From contig UYFQ01000600.1 of NCBI GenBank assembly GCA_900617105.1, positions 1-64,000 of the forward strand: DNA of 64,000 nt, written 5' to 3'. Every line of letters starts with the position of its first letter. Position 1 is the stretch's first letter. The DNA comes from Hydrurus foetidus. Its lineage: Eukaryota. Below the pieces are notes generated by a model that was given only the letters and a program-made list of their open reading frames with translations, did not search any database and was not told the origin of the DNA. Of the stretch, positions 23,000 through 31,902 are shown piece after piece. A program made the translations under genes and the position numbers.

Positions 23000-23105
23000 C
23001 TAGAGCATTTTCGAGCGAAGTGGATTCCGGTTCGCGTGAAGAAAATGCGTTAAAACAAAGATCTAGAGCTCCGGGCTGACACAGTCAGGACGGCAAACGC
23101 TCTAG
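23000..23105. repeat. CIR/BRU-RS-like intergenic repeat
   Basis: CTAGAGC..GCTCTAG termini, inner GCATTTTC/GAAAATGC arms, GANTC site GATTC, central TAGAGC. Confidence 0.8.
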
Positions 23106-23818
23106 GCCTGCTTGCGCTTGCGCACGAACATCGCCGCATCGGCCTCGGCCAGGGCGACTTCGGGGTCCGAACCCGGGGCAATCTCGCGCACGCCCCACGA
23201 GATGTGCAGCGGCGCAGACCACTCGCCGAACTCGACGGGAGTGTCCTGGATGGCGGCCGCCAGGCTGGCGGCCTTGGACAGGGCGGTTTCCTTGTCGGCC
23301 TGGGCCAGCAGTACGGCGAATTCGTCGCCGCCCATGCGTCCGACCACATCGCTTTCGCGCACATTGGCCAGCAGACGGCGCGCGACGACCGCCTGCAGGG
23401 CCGCGTCGCCCGCCGCATGGCCAAAGCGGTCATTGACGTTCTTGAAGCCGTCCAGGTCGAAGAACACCACGCTGGCCGGCGAGCCATAGCGCTGGGCGAA
23501 GGCGGCCACGCGCTTCATCTCGCGCAGGAAGGCGCGACGGTTCAGCACCGGGGTCAGCACGTCCTGGTCGGCCTGCTGCTGGGCTTCGTTGAGCCGCAGC
23601 TTCAGCCGCGAAACCTCGCCGCGCAGGTCGTCGATCTCGGCCATCAGGGTGGTCAGCGCTTCCTGCACCTGGGGCGTCAGGTCAGCCTCGCCCAGCCCCA
23701 GGAAGGCGGCGCTGTCGGGGGCCGGCGCCTCGCGCACGGAAACCTGGGCCCCCGCACGGGCCAAAGCCCGCTTGCGGATGGCGGCGAAGGGTTCGGTCCG
23801 GGCGCCGGAGATCTTCAT
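23102..23818 (-). CDS. dgcA: Diguanylate cyclase DgcA
   Basis: Short N-terminal coiled coil; RESD I-site five residues before GGDEF; DLDGFKNVNDRFGH. Confidence 0.85.
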   Translation of the reverse strand: MKISGARTEPFAAIRKRALARAGAQVSVREAPAPDSAAFLGLGEADLTPQVQEALTTLMAEIDDLRGEVSRLKLRLNEAQQQADQDVLTPVLNRRAFLREMKRVAAFAQRYGSPASVVFFDLDGFKNVNDRFGHAAGDAALQAVVARRLLANVRESDVVGRMGGDEFAVLLAQADKETALSKAASLAAAIQDTPVEFGEWSAPLHISWGVREIAPGSDPEVALAEADAAMFVRKRKQA

Positions 23819-24056
23819 GGACTAGGGAATCGTTTCTTGCACAGCTTGGCCAAGTGTTAACGGGAACGGCGTCGCGCGCAATCGGGGCGCGTTTTGGTCG
23901 CAGCACCCTGTCGTCGCGGCGCGCGCGGCGCCTGTTTCACGGGCGCACTAGGCGTTTTGGGCTTGCGCTCGCGCGATTGACGCGCATACGGGGCGACCTT
24001 CAGGGCTCGGGTCAAGCATCCGCGTCCGCGCGCCGCCTTGAGGGATCTGCAAGCCG

Positions 24057-24545
24057 ATGCCGAATACACCGCCGGTCGCCATCATCATGGGCAGCCGCTC
24101 CGACTGGCCGACCCTGAAGGCCGCCGCCGACGCGCTGGCCAGCCTGGGCGTCGCCTATGAGGCCAAGGTGATCTCGGCCCACCGCACGCCGCAGCGCCTG
24201 TTCGACTTCGCCACGGGCGCGCAAGGCGCGGGCTTCAAGGTGATCATCGCCGGGGCCGGCGGCGCGGCCCACCTGCCGGGCATGGCCGCCGCGATGACCA
24301 ACCTGCCGGTGCTGGGCGTGCCGGTGCAGTCCAAGGCCCTCAGCGGCCTGGATTCCCTGCTCTCCATCGTCCAGATGCCCGGCGGCGTGCCCGTGGCCAC
24401 CCTGGCCATCGGCGAGGCCGGGGCCAAGAACGCCGGCCTGCTGGCCGCCCAGATCCTGGCCCTGTCCGATCCCGCCCTGGCCGAACGGCTGGCCGCTATG
24501 CGCCAGGCCCAGACCGACAGTGTCGCCGAAAGCGTCGAGGACTGA
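24057..24545 (+). CDS. purE: N5-CAIR mutase
   Basis: [37 protein letters not shown]. Confidence 0.97.
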   Translation: MPNTPPVAIIMGSRSDWPTLKAAADALASLGVAYEAKVISAHRTPQRLFDFATGAQGAGFKVIIAGAGGAAHLPGMAAAMTNLPVLGVPVQSKALSGLDSLLSIVQMPGGVPVATLAIGEAGAKNAGLLAAQILALSDPALAERLAAMRQAQTDSVAESVED

Positions 24546-24552
24546 CCCGCCC

Positions 24553-25639
24553 ATGACTGACGCGTCTTTCCCCCTCGTTCCGGGCTCGACCATCGGCATA
24601 CTGGGCGGCGGACAGCTGGGCCGCATGCTGGCCCTGGCCGCCGCGCGCCTGGGCTTTGACGTGGTGATCCTGGATCCCGAGGAAAACAGCCCCGCCGGCC
24701 GCGTCGCCGCCCGCCAGATCGTCGCCGCCTATGACGACCGCTGGGCCCTGAAGCGCCTGGCCGGCCTGCGACGTCGTCACCTACGAGTTCGAGAACGTCC
24801 CCGCCGACACCGTCGCCGAACTGACCGCCCTGAACTGCGTGGTCGCGCCCGGCGTAAGGCCCTGGCCGCCGCCCAGGACCGGGTCGTGGAAAAGAGCTTC
24901 CTGGCCGAGATCGGCGTGCCCACCGTGGCCTTCGCCGCCGTCCATGACAGCGACAGCCTGGCCGCCGCCGTCGCCAAGATCGGCGCGCCGTCCCTGCTGA
25001 AGACCCGCCGCGAAGGCTATGACGGCAAGGGCCAGGCCTGGATCCAGCGGACCAGCGACGCCGAGGCCTCGTTCGAGAAGATCGGCCGCCAGGCCGCCAT
25101 CCTCGAGGCCCCCGCCGACTTCGGGCGCGAACTGTCGGTGATCGCCGCGCGCGGCCGCGACGGCGAGATCGCCTGCTACCCGCTGTCGGAAAACCACCAC
25201 GAGGGCGGCGTGCTCAAGCGCACCTCCGCCCCGGCCAAGGTGACGCCGGCCACCCGCGATCAGGCCGAGACCATCGCCATCAAGATCCTCACCGCCCTCG
25301 ACTATGTCGGCGTCATCGGCGTGGAGCTGTTCGAGCTGGCCGGCGGCAAGCTGCTGGTCAACGAGTTCGCGCCCCGCGTTCACAATACCGGTCACTGGAC
25401 CCAGGACGGCTGCGAGGTCGACCAGTTCGAGCAGCACATCCGCGCCGTGGCCGGCTGGCCCTGGGCCCGACCCAGCCCCTGGCCCATGTGGAAATGACCA
25501 ACCTGCTGGGCGCCGATGTCGAGGCCTGGAAAAAGCTGGCCGGCGAGCCCGAGACCCGCGTCCACCTGTACGGCAAGGGCGAGGCCCGCCCGGGCCGCAA
25601 GATGGGCCATGTGAACCGGCTGCGGGGCCTGAAGACTAG
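24553..25639 (+). CDS. purK: N5-CAIR synthase (two frameshifts)
   Basis: IGILGGGQLGRM, GYDGKGQ, NEFAPRVHNTGHWT, HLYGKGEARPGRKMGHV. Confidence 0.95.
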
Positions 25640-26262
25640 GCGTAAACGCGCCGGATGATCAGCAGCGCGGCGGCCTTCACACGGTCCCAGTCGGCCTCCG
25701 AGCGCAGGGGCACGCCGGAAAAGGCCCCCGCCGCCGAGGCTGACAGCACCAGTTGCTGGACGGCGGCGATCAGGAAGAGGTTCAGGGCGGGCGCGTCCAG
25801 GCCCGGCGGCGGCGTCAGGTCACCGCGCATGCGGGCCATCCAGCGACCCAGCGCCTGACCCCGCGCGACGGTCAGCCGATCCACCAGCGGAGACGGCCCC
25901 GCCACTTCCCAGGCGGCGATGCGCTGCACCAGCGGATCGTCGCGCAGGGCGTCGAGAAAGCCCAGGATCAGCCGCTCGGCCAGTTCGGCATAGGTGCGCG
26001 GCGGCTCTGCGGCGCCCTGGCTCAGTCCGGCCTCTATGCGGGCGGCCAGATCAGCCCCCAGCGCCTCGACCAGCCCGTCGAGCCCCCCGAAATAGCGATA
26101 GATCAGTTGCTTGTCGCAGCCGGCCTGGCGGGCCACGGCGTTGACGCCAAACCCCTGAAACCCCGCCTCAGCCAGGACCTGGCGCGCTGCGGCGACGAGG
26201 GCGGCCTCGGTCCGGGCGCGGTCGCGGCCAGACGCTCTGGGAGGATCGGGGGTCTCGGACAT
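25636..26262 (-). CDS. TetR family regulator
   Basis: N-terminal HTH GVNAVARQAGCDKQLIYRYFG. Confidence 0.9.
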   Translation of the reverse strand: MSETPDPPRASGRDRARTEAALVAAARQVLAEAGFQGFGVNAVARQAGCDKQLIYRYFGGLDGLVEALGADLAARIEAGLSQGAAEPPRTYAELAERLILGFLDALRDDPLVQRIAAWEVAGPSPLVDRLTVARGQALGRWMARMRGDLTPPPGLDAPALNLFLIAAVQQLVLSASAAGAFSGVPLRSEADWDRVKAAALLIIRRVYA

Positions 26263-26303
26263 AACCCCTGGTTAGAACGACCCTGTCGCCTCGTCCAGCC
26301 TCA

Positions 26304-26379
26304 ATGTCCCCAGTCGGTGACAAATTGATTGCACATGTCACCGCCCGGTGATATTGGCCATGTCACCCAATGGAGACAT
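26304..26379. promoter_or_regulatory. Three TetR-type operators, consensus ATGTCACC-N4-GGTGACAT
   Basis: ATGTCCCCagtcGGTGACAA 26304-26323; ATGTCACCgcccGGTGATAT 26335-26354; ATGTCACCcaatGGAGACAT 26360-26379. Confidence 0.75.
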
Positions 26380-27096
26380 GGCCATGACGCAAAGCTTCAC
26401 GCCCAAGACCGCCCGCCCGACCCCGTCTGCCGTCTGGATCGGCCTGGGGACGATCGCCCTGGGCGTCGGGTTCAATGCGCCCTACGCGGCCCTGGCCGTC
26501 CTGTACGACTATCCGCAGGTGCTGCGCCGCCCCCCGGGCGAGGCGCTGGACCTGTTCGTGGCGGGAGGAGCGCCTCTGATCCTGGCCTGGTACGCCTTCA
26601 TGCTCAGCGCCCTGGCTCTGGTCCCGCTGGCGGCGGGCCTGTCGATCACATCCGGCCGACTGGCCGCGCGACCGGCCCTGGCGATCAGCGCGGCGATCTG
26701 CGGCGCCCTGGCCGGACTGACCCAGGCCATCGGCCTGTCGCGCTGGGTCTTCGCCATCCCGATGCTGGCCCACGACACCGACCGGGCCGGGGCCGAACAA
26801 TCCTTCGCCCTTCTGAACGCCTGGGGCGCGTCGCCATCGGCGAGCATCTGGGTCAGGGGCTGACCGTGCTGTTCGTCGCCCAGTTGGCGATCCTGCAGTG
26901 GGGCGAGGCCCGCCGCATCACCGCCACCCTGGGCGGCCTGACCACCATCCTGCTGGCGATCGGCACAGGCGAGGCCCTGGCCCTGGCCCTGGGCCGCGAG
27001 GGTAGCCTCTTCGCAATGTTCACCGTGGCGGGCTTTGCAGTCCTGACGGCCTGGCTCATCGCAACGGGTCTGAGCCTGATCCGCGCCAGGGCCTGA
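26378..27096 (+). CDS. DUF4386-like membrane protein (frameshift near 26828)
   Basis: FNAPYAALAVLYDYPQVLR, QAIGLSRWVF, AIGEHLG; multiple TM helices. Confidence 0.7.
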
Positions 27097-27167
27097 GCCC
27101 CGAGCCCGGCTCTGGGCGGAGCGTGCGGATCAGCCTAGATCAGACCAAAGGATGTTCGGAGCCCTCC

Positions 27168-27884
27168 ATGACCGACCAAGCGATCATCGGCCTGATCGGC
27201 GGCATGAGCTGGGAAAGCTCGGCCCAGTACTACCGGCTGATCAATGAGGCCGTGCGGGAGCGGCTGGGCGGCGTGGCCTCGGCCCGCACCCTGATGTGGT
27301 CATTCGACTTCGCCGAGATCGAGGCCCTGCAGCACCAGGGCCGCTGGCCGGAGCTCTCTCGCCGGCTGGCTGACGCCGCCCGGGCGCTGGAGGCGGGCGG
27401 GGCCGACTTTCTGGTCCTGTGCACCAACACCATGCACCGCGAGGCCGACACGATCGAGGCGGCGGTCCACATCCCCCTGCTCCACATCGCCGACCCTACC
27501 GCCCAGGCGATCAAGGCCGCCGGACTCACGAAGGTCGGCCTGCTGGGCACCGCCTTCACGATGGAGCACGACTTCTATCGCGGTCGGCTGGAAAAGCGCC
27601 ACGGTCTGGAGGTGCTGGTCCCCGAGGCCGACGACCGCGCGGCGGTGCACGACATCATCTATCGCGAGCTGGTGGCCGGACAGGTGCTGGACGCCTCGCG
27701 CGAGATCTATCGCGCCGTGATCGCCCGGCTGGTCGAGCGCGGCGCCCAGGCGGTGATCCTGGGCTGCACGGAGATCATGCTGCTGGTCGGCCAGGCCGAC
27801 AGCAGCGTTCCGGTGTTCGACACGACGCAGTTGCACGCGCTGGCGGCGGTGGAGCGGGCTTTGGGCGGCTCCGGCCTCGGCTGA
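27168..27884 (+). CDS. Aspartate/glutamate racemase family protein
   Basis: GLIGGMSWES, LCTNTMH, ILGCTEI (two catalytic Cys). Confidence 0.93.
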   Translation: MTDQAIIGLIGGMSWESSAQYYRLINEAVRERLGGVASARTLMWSFDFAEIEALQHQGRWPELSRRLADAARALEAGGADFLVLCTNTMHREADTIEAAVHIPLLHIADPTAQAIKAAGLTKVGLLGTAFTMEHDFYRGRLEKRHGLEVLVPEADDRAAVHDIIYRELVAGQVLDASREIYRAVIARLVERGAQAVILGCTEIMLLVGQADSSVPVFDTTQLHALAAVERALGGSGLG

Positions 27885-27979
27885 CATTGCGGGGGGGCGT
27901 CTATCACGTGGTGAGCGGATGTCCTGGCTCACCGGCCTGAAGGACGGCATCGGCGCCACGAGCAGAGCTTGGCGTGCAG

Positions 27980-28097
27980 CCAGAGCGCTTTCCGATAAGT
28001 GTGAAACGGCTATCGGATCGAAAAACGCTCTAAACTCCTGATTTAGAGCCCCTTTCGCCCAACCCTGATGAAGCCATCAAGTCGGAAAGGGCTCCAG
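27980..28097. repeat. CIR-like ~118-bp intergenic repeat
   Basis: CCAGAGCGCTTTCCGAT..ATCGGA..AACGCTCTAAACTCCTGATTTAGAGC..GGAAAGGGCTCCAG two-arm architecture like 23000-23105. Confidence 0.75.
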
Positions 28098-28208
28098 GTT
28101 CCTGACCTTGGGCGCGGGCCACCCTCATCACTAAAAAAGTTGTCGCACGTCGTTTTCTGAAGGCAGTGTTGCGCCTAGCTGCTTTTGGCCACTCGGTACG
28201 TTCGCTCC

Positions 28209-29989
28209 ATGATACGCGCCAAGCTTCTTCGGACCTTCACCCTTGCCGCAACCGTAGTGTTGATGGCGGTCGCGGCTGATTTTCTTCTTTCGATCACAGT
28301 CCTTGGTCACAATGGGGTTTTTACCCCGTTCTCCACCCTGGCGATCGCATCGATCATCGCCCTCCCGCTGGCATGGATGCTGGTGAGCCAGCAGGTCAAT
28401 CTGGAAACCGCCCACAAAGAACAGCTGGCCCTCCTGGCGGCCAGGGAAAGCGCGATCTCTGAGTTTGAAGACGCCCAGGTCCGCGTAAGGTCTAGCGAGT
28501 CACTCTACCGTCTGCTGGCGGACAACCTGACAGACTCGATTTCGCTATGGTCGCCCGAGGGCAAGCGACTCTACAGTTCGCCTTCGATTGAACGGCTGAT
28601 GGGATACACCCCCGAAGAATATGTAGGCATCCCAGTAGGCGATGTAATTCGATCTGAAGACCGCGGACGACTGTTTCAGATTTTATCAGCTTTGACGCCG
28701 GGCGGGGAAAGCAGCGGGAGTATCGCTGCCGCCGCAAGGACGGCAGCGAAATATGGGTCGAGAGCACCTATACCCGGCTGGCGGACGGCGGCTTGATGTC
28801 GACGTCGCGCGAAATCACGGAACGCTGGACCCTGCGGCGGGATCTGGAAACGGCCCTGGTCGAGGCCCAGAGCGCGGTCGCCGCCAAGTCCGACTTCCTC
28901 GCCAACATGACCCACGAGCTGCGCACGCCGCTGAATGCCATTATCGGCTTTTCAAGCGTGCTGCGCGGATCCAACCGTCTGTCGCCGGAAGATAGGCATC
29001 ATGTCGAGCTGATCGGCGGCGCCAGCGCCACCTTGCTGGGCGTGATCAATGATGTGCTGGAGTTTTCCCGGCTTGAGGCCGGCTATCTGGACCTGGACCC
29101 CCAGCCCTTCGACCCGGGTCAATGGGTTCGCGCGGCCTGCGCGCTCATCGAGGACCAGGCCCGGGAAAAGGGCCTGACCCTGACCCTGGACATCGCGCCG
29201 GGCCTTTCCGGTATGGTCGGCGATGGGCCGCGTCTGTCGCAGGTGCTGCTGAACTTGCTGTCCAACTCTGTGAAATTCACCAGCGAAGGCCATGTCACGG
29301 TGTCGCTCCGCCAGTGTGTCGAGGCGGAGACCGCACGCCTGCGGATCGAAGTGCTCGACACCGGTATCGGCATTTCCGAAAATCAGATCGGCAACGTTTT
29401 CGAGCGCTTCGCTCAGGCCGACGGCGGAATCTCACGGCAGTTTGGCGGCACGGGCCTGGGCCTGGCGATCTCGAAACGGATTATCGAGCGCATGGACGGC
29501 CAGATCGGGGTCGTCAGCACGCAGGGCCAAGGTTCGACCTTCTGGTTCGAGGTTTCCGCGCCCGTTGTGAGCCTGGACACCGTCCAGGCGGCGCTCAACG
29601 AAGGCGCCTCCGGCTTCACCGCGCCGCTGCGCGTGCTCGTGGTCGAAGACAATGCCGTGAACCGCGAACTGGTCTGCACACTGCTGGCTCCCTTCGACAT
29701 AACCATCGATACAGCTAGCGACGGGGCCGAAGGTTTGAAGGCCACCGAACGCGGGACCTACGACCTGATCCTCATGGACATACAGATGCCGGTCATGGAC
29801 GGCCTGACCGCCACCCGGCTCATTCGGGCCAACAACAATACCGCCCCGATCGTGGCCTTGACCGCCAATGTCCTGCCAGAGCAAATCGCGAAATGTCTGG
29901 CTGCAGGCATGAACGATCACATCGGCAAGCCTTTCCACCCGGCGCGCCTGCTTGAAACTGTGGTTCGCTGGACGCAAATCGCGGCCTGA
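28209..29989 (+). CDS. Membrane PAS hybrid histidine kinase (frameshifts near 28715-28790)
   Basis: 2 [44 protein letters not shown]. Confidence 0.9.
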
Positions 29990-30022
29990 GTGTCGAAGGC
30001 GGGCAAGCGTCTTCCCCAGCAA

Positions 30023-30078
30023 CACCAACGCTTGTCATACTGGGCGGCGAGGCCGAGCCGGGATGACATGCGTTGGTG
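30023..30078. repeat. Degenerate GTCAT..ATGAC palindrome
   Basis: CACCAACGCTTGTCAT .. ATGACATGCGTTGGTG; right arm CCGGGATGACA matches the 4963-5074 terminus. Confidence 0.6.
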
Positions 30079-30204
30079 GGCGAGAACGGGGATAGGCCGC
30101 GCTCAATCCCCGTTCTTTCCAGAACAAACCTCAGCGTGATCAACGACTTGTAAAAAACTTGATCGCGCCCATCAGACGCGTCGAAACCGCCCGCATAATC
30201 AATC

Positions 30205-30585
30205 TCACCTGACAGCACGGGAAGGGCGTCCGGCCGGCGACCAGCGACGGCTGTCAGGGGTGATCGAGCGGGACCACCGTTCGGGCGTATGCCCGGGCGG
30301 CCGGTTTAAGGAGAGGGCGGGTGACGTAAACCTGTCCATCGGGGGCAAGCCAAGGCCTCCGCCCGTCCGAAGGTTCGCTCCGGGTTCCTCCGGAATCGGC
30401 GCGGCTGCAGCCCAAGGCTGGGTCCGTCGCGAGGAGGGCAAAACCCGGGTGGGGCAAAAGGCTGAACAGGCCTGCGCACCCCGGCCAGAGGGATAACGAT
30501 CACGCGGAGCGTCTGTCTTCGTCGAAACGGTATTCAACTATCCAATCATCCGGGCGAGGCCCGGACGCTCCGCGACCCTTCCCAC
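30205..30585 (+). ncRNA. Candidate large structured non-coding RNA, family unassigned
   Basis: About ten complementary helices, a 5'-loop/3'-end pseudoknot and a CATAAT -10-like box at 30194-30199; no credible ORF (see findings). Strand inferred from the promoter and G-U pairs. Confidence 0.55.
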
Positions 30586-30629
30586 CGCCAATCGCAGCGA
30601 AAGCGCGAGGCCGCGAAGCCGTGTCCGCA

Positions 30630-30730
30630 AGACTTGCCCCCTACGGGCTGCTGCGCAGCCGTCTTCCCCCAATGCTCCCCTTCGGGGGAGCTGCCGGCAA
30701 AGCCGGCTGAGGGGGTCGGGGGGAGGACGA
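30630..30730. repeat. Palindromic intergenic repeat (CCCCC/GGGGG family), copy 2
   Basis: Near-identical left part to 8445-8526; CGTCTTCCCCC/GGGGGAGGACG arms enclosing CTCCCC-TTC-GGGGGAG. Confidence 0.75.
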
Positions 30731-30759
30731 CCGCGATAGCGGTCAGGAGGGGGCGAGTC

Positions 30760-31407
30760 TCACCGATACCGCATCTTCGCCAGGGCCGTGACCAGCTCGC
30801 TGGCCAGGTCCATCGGCTTGATCCCGGCCTTCCACTTCTCGAAGGCCATGACGTTGTCGATGCGGGCGTCCAGATGCGTCAGGGCCGACTCGCGGCCCGA
30901 GGCCATGTCGACGGCCAGGGTCGAGACCAGGATGCCTGAGAGAATCGCCCGCTTGGAATAATGGTTCTCGTCGGTGGCCGTATCGCCCGCCCAGCGCCAG
31001 AGCACGTCCGCGCTTTCCCAGGTCAGGCGCAGGGCCAGGGCCAGGTTGGTCGGGAAGGCCAGGAAGGCGGCCAGGGCCCGCATGACCTCGGCGGCAGCCA
31101 CGGCGTCGAGGCGGGCCACCACCCCGGCGCGGATCTTTTCGCGGATCTTCAGCGTGCCGGGATCGAGAGCGGCCAGGGTCCGCAGCGCCACCGCGTCATG
31201 GCGCCGCGACAGCAGGGCCGCCAGATCCCTTGCCCCTTCGGGCAGCAGAAGCTGGGTCTCGCCGGGCGACAGGCCCGCCGCCTGCGCGGCGCGCTCGGTC
31301 AGGCGGGCGTTCCAGCCGGCGGCCGGCGCCAGGCGCACGGCTTCGTCCAGCACCCGCTGTTCGGCCTCATCGGCCCAGTTGCTTCCCGTCTCGGCTGCCT
31401 TGCTCAT
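30760..31407 (-). CDS. COQ9-family (rpsU-divergently transcribed) protein
   Basis: WESADVLWRWAGDTATDENHYSKRAILSG; divergent from rpsU. Confidence 0.9.
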   Translation of the reverse strand: MSKAAETGSNWADEAEQRVLDEAVRLAPAAGWNARLTERAAQAAGLSPGETQLLLPEGARDLAALLSRRHDAVALRTLAALDPGTLKIREKIRAGVVARLDAVAAAEVMRALAAFLAFPTNLALALRLTWESADVLWRWAGDTATDENHYSKRAILSGILVSTLAVDMASGRESALTHLDARIDNVMAFEKWKAGIKPMDLASELVTALAKMRYR

Positions 31408-31588
31408 GAATCCGAGTCTACACCGTGGTTTAGGCCGCGTCGCGCATGGACAGGTCTCATTCACTCTGCTATCAGCCGCCCCTCGTTTCCCGGAAGCCCC
31501 CCTTCCGGGTTTATCAGGTTTTGTTCGCCCGCCCGGCCCCTGAGAGGGACTCGGGACATTGGTCGGGCCGTCGAATGGAGAGAGACCC

Positions 31589-31828
31589 CTGGTCCAGATT
31601 TTCGTCCGCGACAACAACGTCGATCAGGCCCTCAAGGCCCTGAAGAAGAAGATGCAACGCGAAGGCTCGTTCCGCGAAATGAAGCGGCACGTGCACTATG
31701 AGAAGCCGTCGGAAAAGCGCGCCCGTCAAAAGGCCGAAGCGGTTCGCCGCGCCCGCAAGCTGGCCCGCAAGCGCGCCCAGCGTGAAGGCCTGATCCCGAT
31801 GCCGAAGAAGCCGGTCGGCGCGCGGTAG
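31589..31828 (+). CDS. rpsU: 30S ribosomal protein S21 (probable CTG start)
   Basis: [40 protein letters not shown] upstream of an in-frame CTG at 31589. Confidence 0.95.
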   Translation: MVQIFVRDNNVDQALKALKKKMQREGSFREMKRHVHYEKPSEKRARQKAEAVRRARKLARKRAQREGLIPMPKKPVGAR

Positions 31829-31854
31829 GCTTTAGCCTCACTGCCGAAGACTCT

Positions 31855-31893
31855 CGAAAGCCGCGCGGCGATCCGCGCGGCTTTCGTCGTTTT
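31855..31893 (+). terminator. Intrinsic terminator after rpsU
   Basis: CGAAAGCCGCGCGG-CGAT-CCGCGCGGCTTTCG followed by TCGTTTT. Confidence 0.8.
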
Positions 31894-31902
31894 GGGCGTC
31901 TA

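Noticed and set aside
30205..30585. RNase P RNA, tmRNA or group I/II intron identity for the structured element
   Set aside because: Short look-alikes exist (GTAAACC..GCAAGCCAA, AACCCGGGT), but the RNase P GAGGAAAGTCC and ACAGAA..CGGCTTA cores, tRNA-like ends, group II GTGCG/domain V and group I P-Q-R-S motifs are all absent.
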